NCBI GenBank assembly: GCA_963766075.1
Contig: CAVYAN010000108.1
Coordinates: 1 to 19,033 of the forward strand
DNA from: an uncultured cyanobacterium
GTDB lineage: Bacteria > Cyanobacteriota > Cyanobacteriia > Leptolyngbyales > Leptolyngbyaceae
Direction of reading: 5' to 3'
DNA: 19,033 nucleotides
Position numbers and translations under genes: made by a program
The notes under the pieces: model-generated
What the model was told of the DNA's origin: nothing
The model's database searches: none
What the model saw: the letters and a program-made list of their open reading frames with translations, nothing else
Part shown: piece after piece, positions 1 to 5,743 of the stretch
Numbering within the stretch: position 1 is the first letter of the stretch
Layout of the letters: every line of letters starts with the position of its first letter

Positions 1-371
1 TAGGGTGCCGTTTCGATTATTTCGATTGCGCCCACATCTGCCCAGAACTTAACCGAGTGCAAGTCCCATAAGCCCGCATCATCGGCATAAAGAGAGTCAA
101 GTACGGCCTTTGCCAGATTGTCAATGTCAGGTTTTTGCTGGTGAGGTTGGCCGCGCATGACCGCCCGTTTTTTGAGACTCCAGGACGGTGGCATGGGCAG
201 ATGAAAAACCAGCCGGTAGGTTTGGGGCAATGCTGCATCACACAGGGCATCGCGCAGTAAATCTTTGAACTCGTAATATCGAGTGGTACAGTCGCGCTTT
301 CGCCACCTATCTGATTGCGTCATCCTTGGTTTGGGTACTGGGGTGATAGGGATGTGCCGGTAGAAGCTCCC
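1..371 (-). CDS. rusA: RusA-family crossover junction endodeoxyribonuclease (prophage); probable original start codon mutated; runs to the window edge
   Basis: Not in the ORF track. My translation of the minus frame containing ATG 323 is (G)SFYRHIPITPVPKPRMTQSDRWRKRDCTTRYYEFKDLLRDALCDAALPQTYRLVFHLPMPPSWSLKKRAVMRGQPHQQKPDIDNLAKAVLDSLYADDAGLWDLHSVKFWADVGAIEIIETAP. It has the RusA hallmarks P-x-PKPRMT, PMPxSWS and KPDxDNLxKxxxD. The last codon is 'TA' at the window edge, probably the stop. Confidence 0.88.
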
Positions 372-595
372 GCCGCTTTCCTCCCGCCGCCCCGCCGCTT
401 CTGTGGCTGCTCTGGTTGGGCAAACTCCACGGCTCGCCCATTGACCGTGGCCAGCTCGTGCAGCGCAACCTGCTGGCTTGCGCCGACCGGCCATGCATCG
501 CTCAGGATTCCGGCAACCGGGGGAAAGCACGCGGCGATGGTATATTCGCCGTCGCGGTTATGCAGTGTGACGCGATCGCCTCTCTTTGGCACCAT
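320..595 (-). CDS. small hypothetical prophage protein (possible KOW/SH3-like N-terminus, basic C-terminus); natural end probably at 368
   Basis: 91-aa ORF starting 3 nt after the upstream stop; begins KRGDRVTL; its last ~16 codons overlap conserved RusA residues in another frame. Confidence 0.55.
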   Translation of the reverse strand: MVPKRGDRVTLHNRDGEYTIAACFPPVAGILSDAWPVGASQQVALHELATVNGRAVEFAQPEQPQKRRGGGRKAAGASTGTSLSPQYPNQG

Positions 596-598
596 GAC

Positions 599-1399
599 TC
601 ACCAGCCCCGATCAACGGTGACTTTGTAATAGCCTGTAGTCAGCCAGGTGCCGTTGATGTAGCCAACGAAGGAACCTGTGACAAATGCCAAGTCCACATT
701 TGATCCCCACGTGTAGACGAAGGAAATCGTGTTGCTTGGGGCGTGAGTGATCGACTGCCCCAAGACCATCACAGAGGAATCAGTGGCTACGTTGTTCTGG
801 TATAAGTTCACGCGGGCCAGCCCTTGAGGCAGGAACATGCCCAGATTGTGTGGGGCAGTATAAACCGTGTTGGCTCCCACAAGGAACCAACCGCTGTCTT
901 AAATGCCGTTATAGGCGTAGTTTCGGACTCCCGTTACCGTCGATGCGCCCGTGGTGAACTCGCCAATGAATACCCGTTGCACGATGTCCCAAGCGCCGCC
1001 CGACCAGCGGTACATAATGCGGCTATTTAAATCGAACCAGTGCTGGTTTGTCGCAGGAGACGCTGGCTCGTAAACCTGATAGGCCGGTAACAGCGTTGTC
1101 CAGACGAGGGCAAGTGCTCCGGTCGCCACGTTTCTGTCCACAAAAACGCAGCCGAAAGAGTTGGCAGTCAGGCCGCTGAGGGTTTGGTTTGCTGTCAATG
1201 CAGCGGGAAAGTCCAGCGGGCCTTGAGCAAACGACACACTAAAGGGAGTGCCTACGCTCGCAGAGATCACGATCGCCAATCCCGAACCCGCCGCCATGGC
1301 ATTCGGGAGGCGATTGACGTTCACAGACCCACCCGTTACGGTCTGCCGGACTGAAGAAAACGCCCTGGGCTGCGCCGTAACGCCCCGAATTGCGCCCAT
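599..1399 (-). pseudogene. phage tail-fibre/structural-like protein split by one in-frame TAA (899-901)
   Basis: ORFs 899..1399 and 599..880 share a frame, separated by TAA plus 6 sense codons: ...NYAYNGI*DSGWFLVGANTVYTAPHNLG... The protein is T/S/G/A/V-rich, with PASPATNQHWFDLNSRIMYRWSGGAW and (Y)DSGW..HNLG motifs typical of phage tail proteins. Confidence 0.65.
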
Positions 1400-1473
1400 T
1401 CAAATACTTAGTAAAATTGTACTATCTCATTATATTTCAATAACCAGAAAGCTTCCTACGCATGGCTATGGGG

Positions 1474-1498
1474 CAGTTTTCTAAAATTTAGAAAACTG
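1474..1498. promoter_or_regulatory. perfect 12-1-12 palindrome, candidate operator
   Basis: CAGTTTTCTAAA-A-TTTAGAAAACTG, 75 bp upstream of the minus-strand ATG at 1399, in an AT-rich intergenic region. Confidence 0.45.
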
Positions 1499-1645
1499 TG
1501 GTGCAGCTCCTGGCCTTGCACAATCTGCTGAAAGTGCTACTGGGCAGGGCTTTCAGTTTTCGCGGGAAACACAACGGTCATCGCTGAAGCTTAAAAGTGC
1601 CGCTGTGGTTGATTTCTGGCTTTGGGAGCAAGACCAAGGGGCACG

Positions 1646-1996
1646 TCAGCGCAGGCTATTACAGGCAACTTCCAGTACAAGCCCAATCGCTTTTGATGAG
1701 GGCTTCATGTTCCGTTCCACAATGCGTCCGTCCAGCCAGACTTCCTTAAAAATTCCGCGACGGCAGTCTGCGACGGCAGACACGTTATCCTGCCCAATCC
1801 GATACGCCACCATGGGAGTATTCAGCCAGCAGTCGTGAGATCGAGGCAGATCGCCACACTGGGCTTTTGCCCCTCGGTAAAAGACTCGTTCACCCGTTGA
1901 TGCCTTGCCAAAGTAAATACCGTCTTCGGCGGCCCCAGGGAGGGCAAAGAGCGGGGCCAGACAAACCAAAGCAGTCAAAATGGAGTGCTTAATCAT
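1646..1996 (-). CDS. hypothetical exported protein with signal peptide and 4 Cys in the mature part
   Basis: ORF 1646..2008; ATG 1996 gives MIKHSILTALVCLAPLFALPGAA-EDG, a Sec-type signal peptide. Confidence 0.7.
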   Translation of the reverse strand: MIKHSILTALVCLAPLFALPGAAEDGIYFGKASTGERVFYRGAKAQCGDLPRSHDCWLNTPMVAYRIGQDNVSAVADCRRGIFKEVWLDGRIVERNMKPSSKAIGLVLEVACNSLR

Positions 1997-2211
1997 GGTG
2001 AGATCCAAAGCTTCTACTGAATTGTCTCACCTACGGTAGGGGACTCGATAATTGCCAAAACTTGAAAGCTTCCCCGAATCTACAGGCCCTGTGAGCCTAG
2101 TCCGGGATCCCTGGGAACACTAAGCCAGCCAGCCACGCTTCACCTCGTAGTAGATGCATGATGACAACGCCTGGTCGCTGGCACCGGGCGTTGTCATTTC
2201 CAAGTTTAAAC

Positions 2212-2251
2212 ATTCCTCAAGGGGCATTCTGCGGTCTGTGGCGATGGTTAT
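2212..2251 (-). pseudogene. 40-nt 5' remnant of a Uma2-family gene (start ATG>ATA)
   Basis: Aligns with the start of the intact gene at 5169 and with the remnant at 2478-2538. Confidence 0.7.
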
Positions 2252-2263
2252 GGCGATCGCGCG

Positions 2264-2319
2264 TCATTCGTACCATTTTCGAGATTAATGGCCATTAATT
2301 TGTATTTTGGTACGAATGA
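2264..2319. other. 56-bp nested, co-centred inverted repeat
   Basis: TCATTCGTACCA-N8-ATTAATGGCCATTAAT-N8-TGGTACGAATGA; both symmetries centre on 2291/2292. Confidence 0.85.
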
Positions 2320-2477
2320 TTGGGTTTGCTGGGTGGGGAATCCAGCCTGCAGTCATGATGTTGTGCCGGGAAACAGGGAAACACTAAACCAGTCAGCCAC
2401 ACTCCAGAGCATAGTAGATACACCCTGATGACAACGCCCGGTCGCTGGCACCGGGCTTTCTATTTGGCGGCACACAT

Positions 2478-2538
2478 TGCCGTCGTCATAGTCCAAGTAT
2501 TCCTCAAGGGTCATTCTGTAGTCTGTGGCGATGGTTAT
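2478..2538 (-). pseudogene. 5' remnant of a Uma2-family endonuclease gene (ITIATDYRMTLEEYLDYDDG; start ATG>ATA)
   Basis: 54/61 nt identical by hand to 5109-5169; keeps the SD AAAGGAG just upstream. Confidence 0.88.
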
Positions 2539-2606
2539 GGCGATCGCTCCTTTCCAGCGGTGAACAGGTGCCTCTCCAGGCTGTCACTGCGAGTTTTGGG
2601 GATGGG

Positions 2607-2686
2607 CTGGGTTCTGGTGGGTTCTGGTGGATGACTGGTGGCTGAAACCCTTGCTACTGGTGGATCTGGTGGATTATTTGAAAACT
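2607..2686 (+). repeat. GGTGGAT-rich subterminal element, copy 1
   Basis: GGTGGCTGAAACCCTTGCTACTGGTGGATCTGGTGGATTATTTGAAAACT; homologous to 3016-3114 (inverted) and 5298-5385 (direct). Confidence 0.8.
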
Positions 2687-2810
2687 TTATGAATGAAAAA
2701 ACGGGGTATACCTTCCAATGAAGGGCAGGATAGGTACATTTTTAGGTACATAAGTTATGAGCTGGACTGAAATCCTTATTTGAAAAGAATTCCAGCCTGC
2801 GTACTTTCTC

Positions 2811-2829
2811 TCGAATCTCGGGCGATCCA
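2811..2829 (+). mobile_element. att-like core: degenerate tRNA 3' end (tRNA-Lys(UUU)-like)
   Basis: TCGAATCTCGGGCGATCCA has 2 mismatches to the cyanobacterial tRNA-Lys 3' end as I recall it (TCGAATCCCGGGCGACCCA). It is preceded by GTACTTTCTC, as is the copy at 5502. Confidence 0.72.
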
Positions 2830-2831
2830 TA

Positions 2832-2867
2832 CCCCTTAAAACCCCACCGTATCGGGGTTTTAAGGGG
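2832..2867 (+). terminator. perfect 14-bp hairpin directly after the att-like core
   Basis: CCCCTTAAAACCCC-ACCGTATC-GGGGTTTTAAGGGG. Confidence 0.65.
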
Positions 2868-2920
2868 AATCTCTGGCAAAGCCTGAAACGCCCGCAAATC
2901 GTCAGAATAATCCAGGGTTT

Positions 2921-2944
2921 CGGCCACAATTCCGGCTACAGTCC
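2921..2944 (+). promoter_or_regulatory. tandem 12-mers, candidate integrase arm-type sites (left)
   Basis: CGGCCACAATTC-CGGCTACAGTCC; matches the pair at 5423-5446. Confidence 0.6.
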
Positions 2945-3015
2945 TAAACCGCTCGCAGACTACGCGGATCGACTGTGCGAATCGGTGGAATGATAGTGAT
3001 AAATTTTCCTGAAGC

Positions 3016-3114
3016 TAATAGTTTTCAAATAATCCACCTCATCCACCCTATCTACAACGAATCCCCCACCAGTAAGGGTTTCAGCCACCACCTAGCCACC
3101 ACCATTCACCACAC
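3016..3114 (-). repeat. GGTGGAT-rich subterminal element, copy 2 (inverted)
   Basis: Its reverse complement shares GTGTGGTGAATGGTGGTGG, AACCCTTACTGGTGG and GATTATTTGAAAACTATTA with 5298-5385. Confidence 0.88.
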
Positions 3115-3161
3115 ACCGCAAAATGTGGACTGTGGGACCGTGGCAGATAGCGCCTACTGCT

Positions 3162-3402
3162 ATGCCAAAACACGAATACACACTCGCAGCGGTTAATAAA
3201 CGCCTAAAAGCTGGACTAGTGCATGTCAGTGTTATTCAATGCGAAAACACGAATACACTATCGCTCAGGGCGACGATGCCCCCAAGCCCGGTAGCGATCG
3301 CCCTTTCGCCTATCGGCAGGTGATTAGTTTGGGTGTGCCCGCGAACGAATCTGGCTTCGAGCGGGCAGAGCGAGAGGCAAGAATACTTGGCGATGAGCTT
3401 CA
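3162..3402 (+). pseudogene. N-terminal stub of a cyanobacterial tyrosine recombinase/phage integrase; frameshifted and IS-truncated
   Basis: Adding one C to the C5 run at 3279-3283 joins two track ORFs into MPKHEYTLAAVNKRLKAGLVHVSVIQCENTNTLSLRATMPPKPGSDRPFAYRQVISLGVPANESGFERAEREARILGDEL. This matches the NxRLKA..LxLRATLPPKPGS..QxIxLG..AN..G...AE..A N-terminus of cyanobacterial integrases. Confidence 0.85.
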
Positions 3403-4286
3403 GAACCTGTTTGAAAAGTTTGAGGACAGCCTACCCAGCCTGAATTTTAGGCTTTAAGCGTCGTACCATGAGGTGTACCAGAGCAGCATAAAGCATGACT
3501 TCGCTGGTAGTGGCTAAAAATTCATAGTCCTTGCTCAAGCGGCGATAATGACCAAACCAGGCATAGGTTCGCTCTAGCACCCACCGTTTCGGAATCACGG
3601 TAAAGCCAGGTTCATTATCGGTGCGTTTGAGGTGCTCTAATGTCCAACCAAACTGTTGGGCAATTTTGGAGATGAAATCCTTGCCAGCAAAGGTGCTGTC
3701 TACCCAAATCAGTTTTAAGCAAGTCCAAAACGGGGCATGAAAAGTGGCTAATAATTCCATGCCGCTATGGTCAGAGCGTCCCGCTCCATGCACACAGGTG
3801 GCCAGTAGCAACCCCATCGTATCGACTAGAATCGTGCGTTTGCATCCTTTGACCTTCTTGCCACCATCAAAGCTGATGTCCTCTCCCCCACTGGCGGTTT
3901 TGACCGACTGGCTATCGACACTCCCGGCACTCGGTTGGGCATGGCGTCCGGCTTGGAGGCGCAGTTGTGTGCGTAAGGTTTCATTCAACTGATGCCAGGT
4001 ACCATCCCGTTCCCATGCCCGAAAGTAAGTGTACACACTCTGCCACCGGGGCAGATCATGGGGCCTTGCCCGCCATTTAATCCCATTGGCTAGCAAATAG
4101 AAAATTGCGTTCACGACCTCCCGCAGATCTAACGTGCGCGGTCGCCCACCCGGTTTGGCTGACGGTAGATAGGGGACGATCAATTCCCAGTGGTCATCGC
4201 TCAGGTCTGTGTCGTATAGTACTCGTGTCATTTGGGGTCTCCGATAGCCCCCTTTACTCTACATGACTACCTTTTCAAACAGGTTC
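3403..4286 (-). mobile_element. IS5-family insertion sequence (IS1031-like), 884 bp
   Basis: Perfect 16-bp terminal IRs GAACCTGTTTGAAAAG / CTTTTCAAACAGGTTC, flanked by TNA triplets that do not match (TCA left, TGA right). Confidence 0.92.
3431..4231 (-). CDS. IS5-family DDE transposase
   Basis: YDTDLSDDHW, GGRPR, W..RPHDLPRWQSVYTYF, VDSQSVK, DGGKKVKG.KR..LVDTMG and KRWVLERTYAW..YRRL.KDYE motifs; single 266-aa ORF. Confidence 0.96.
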   Translation of the reverse strand: MTRVLYDTDLSDDHWELIVPYLPSAKPGGRPRTLDLREVVNAIFYLLANGIKWRARPHDLPRWQSVYTYFRAWERDGTWHQLNETLRTQLRLQAGRHAQPSAGSVDSQSVKTASGGEDISFDGGKKVKGCKRTILVDTMGLLLATCVHGAGRSDHSGMELLATFHAPFWTCLKLIWVDSTFAGKDFISKIAQQFGWTLEHLKRTDNEPGFTVIPKRWVLERTYAWFGHYRRLSKDYEFLATTSEVMLYAALVHLMVRRLKPKIQAG

Positions 4287-4392
4287 TGATTGTCCGCACA
4301 TGAACACCCACCTCTGCTGCCACATTATTTTTGGACATTCCATCGGCTAAAAGTGCCGCCGCTTTTTGCTGTGATTCGTTTAGTGTCTGCAT
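4287..4392 (-). pseudogene. helix-turn-helix protein N-terminus (phage-type, possibly terminase-small-subunit-like) truncated by the IS
   Basis: My translation from ATG 4392 is MQTLNESQQKAAALLADGMSKNNVAAEVGVHVRTIR, which then runs into the IS end (stop at 4267-4269). Classic L..Q..A..LLA.G.S...VA..VGV..RTI HTH pattern. Confidence 0.75.
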
Positions 4393-4456
4393 TGCGCGGT
4401 TTGTCCATTGGTGGACAGGCTGTGGACGAGTGGACACGCCCATCCTAACCCGGCGA

Positions 4457-4471
4457 TGAGAATGATTCTCG
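4457..4471. promoter_or_regulatory. 7-1-7 palindrome resembling a Fur box, inside a longer imperfect inverted repeat (4448-4482)
   Basis: TGAGAATGATTCTCG, one mismatch to TGAGAATnATTCTCA; ~65 bp upstream of the HTH ATG. Confidence 0.4.
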
Positions 4472-4578
4472 TTTTACCGGGTGAGTGATGATGATTGCCG
4501 AGAAAGGCAACCCAGATCGCACCCCTGGAGGCTTTGTCTGAAGGGTTGCGATGGGCAAAGGCGATTTGGATTACATCC

Positions 4579-5169
4579 CTAACGCCTTCCAGCCGCCAAA
4601 ATTTGTGCCGTCGTCAGATTGAATGCGGGGAAGGTGGGGGAAGACACTGCCTCATCACCGCGAAATTCCGCCACCTGGTAGGCCGTGCTATCCAAGGTAC
4701 AAACCGTCACTAGGTCCGCATCTGGATCAACAATCCAGTATTCGGGAATGCCTCGTTCCGCATATTCTGCAAACTTTTCGGAGTAGTCGCGATCTCGGGA
4801 TTTCCGGTCACTCGCGCTATTGGAAACCACTTCTACCACCAGCATCGGCACCGGCATGTTAATGCGGAGTATCTTGCCATCCGCCGTGATTGCTGCATCG
4901 GATTCCTCGCTGTGGACGATGAGATCCGGTTGCCTTGCCTTTGCCCAGGTGGAACGCACAGCGATTTGATGCCCGATGGCTAACCGATAGTGAGGAATGC
5001 CCAAGCCAAAAAAAGTGATAAACAAAAAACCCGCAATCGCGGTGTTCAGCGTGTTCTCTGCGCCCATCTCTACCAGCACCCCATCCACAAGCTCATAGCG
5101 GGTATCGGTGCCGTCGTCATAGTCCAAATACTCCTCGAGGGTCAGTCTGTGGTCTGTGGCGATGGCCAT
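4579..5169 (-). CDS. Uma2-family (DUF820) PD-(D/E)XK endonuclease
   Basis: LTLEEYL..YELVDG.LVEM, RQPDLIV, LVVEVVS, DY..K..EYA..GIPEYWIVDP and SPTFP..LT motifs. Confidence 0.96.
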   Translation of the reverse strand: MAIATDHRLTLEEYLDYDDGTDTRYELVDGVLVEMGAENTLNTAIAGFLFITFFGLGIPHYRLAIGHQIAVRSTWAKARQPDLIVHSEESDAAITADGKILRINMPVPMLVVEVVSNSASDRKSRDRDYSEKFAEYAERGIPEYWIVDPDADLVTVCTLDSTAYQVAEFRGDEAVSSPTFPAFNLTTAQILAAGRR

Positions 5170-5297
5170 GGTGCGTTCACTTTGTGTGTGCGGAGCACGT
5201 ATCGCTCCTTTGCCGGGTGTGCTTTGTCATCTCAAGTCTATCACTGTGATTTTTGCCCTGGCGGGGCGATCGCCACCGGTTTTCCCTGTGGTGGATA

Positions 5298-5385
5298 GTG
5301 TGGTGAATGGTGGTGGATGCGTAGTGGCTAGAACCCTTACTGGTGGTGGATGGGGTGGATGGGGTAGATTATTTGAAAACTATTA
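5298..5385 (+). repeat. GGTGGAT-rich subterminal element, copy 3
   Basis: Inverted partner of 3016-3114 and direct homologue of 2607-2686. Confidence 0.88.
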
Positions 5386-5422
5386 AATTAAAAAGTAGAA
5401 GAAAGAAGGGAGATAGACTAGG

Positions 5423-5446
5423 CAGCTACAGTCCCGGCTACAGTTC
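5423..5446 (+). promoter_or_regulatory. tandem 12-mers, candidate integrase arm-type sites (right)
   Basis: CAGCTACAGTCC-CGGCTACAGTTC. Confidence 0.6.
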
Positions 5447-5501
5447 ACTATTTATCCCTAAAAGCCTTGCCCGAGGGGGAATTCAATTTTTGTACTTTCT
5501 C

Positions 5502-5520
5502 TCGAACTCCGGGCGACCCA
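5502..5520 (+). mobile_element. att-like core (island right boundary): degenerate tRNA-Lys(UUU)-like 3' end
   Basis: TCGAACTCCGGGCGACCCA, preceded by GTACTTTCTC; core-genome genes resume downstream. Confidence 0.75.
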
Positions 5521-5527
5521 TCAATCT

Positions 5528-5550
5528 GAATCCCCGCTACTGCGGGGTTT
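5528..5550 (+). terminator. hairpin after the att core, probably the original tRNA terminator
   Basis: GAATCCCCGC-TACT-GCGGGGTTT followed by GGCGTTTTT. Confidence 0.55.
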
Positions 5551-5743
5551 GGCGTTTTTAGGCGAAACTCCGAAAACCTAATCCCTAAAATTCGCTCTAA
5601 GCATTTGTGTATACGCAGGTTTGGTGCAACCGTGCCGGCCTAGAACCGCGCCATTACACCCTGCGATCGCCGCTGTAGTTGCAAGCACAGCGCTCGGGAA
5701 ACAGGCCGGATACCGTGATACGGACCGGATTTCCAGGAGTGTC

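Larger units (their letters stand above)
2102..2547 (+). repeat. diverged direct duplication (2102-2260 and 2366-2547); each copy has a GC-rich hairpin, a Uma2 5' remnant and a terminal HIP1
   Basis: Both copies share CCGGGA..GGG(A)AACACTAA.CCAG.CAGCCAC..TAGTAGAT..TGATGACAACGCC.GGTCGCTGGCACCGGGC..ATTCCTCAAGGG.CATTCTG..GTCTGTGGCGATGGTTATGGCGATCGC. Confidence 0.9.
2811..5520. mobile_element. collapsed tRNA-targeting integrative element (~2.7-kb remnant)
   Basis: Bounded by direct att-like cores, with tandem 12-mers and inverted repeats inside both ends and an integrase stub next to the left core. Confidence 0.72.

Noticed and set aside
17..250. 77-aa Cys-rich ORF from the track
   Set aside because: Alternative frame of the RusA coding sequence.
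599..2550. Diversity-generating retroelement acting on the tail gene or Uma2
   Set aside because: No reverse transcriptase in the window, the Uma2 copy differences are not adenine-specific, and no repeat matches the tail gene 3' end.
2102..3120. CRISPR array or leader (GAAACCCTTAC-like motifs and repeats)
   Set aside because: There are no regularly spaced identical repeats with unique spacers and no cas genes; the repeats are long, diverged and partly inverted.
2428..3196. Short track ORFs 2428..2634, 2687..2929, 2742..2927 and 2975..3196
   Set aside because: They span repeats, att-like sites and the antisense of the Uma2 remnant, and have no protein-like features.
4287..4330. Integrase continuing after the IS (reads ELDC.. 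if the IS is removed)
   Set aside because: Similarity ends immediately, the flanking triplets differ, and this DNA is better explained by the minus-strand HTH ORF.
2780..5525. Intact tRNA genes at the two TCGAA..GGGCGA.CCA sites
   Set aside because: Only the T-loop/acceptor 3' part is present; upstream sequence cannot form D or anticodon arms.
5600..5740. nhaA-I/II or Na+ riboswitch upstream of the antiporter
   Set aside because: The context fits and GCAGGT plus weak stems are present, but I could not match a consensus by eye; a cmscan against Rfam would decide.
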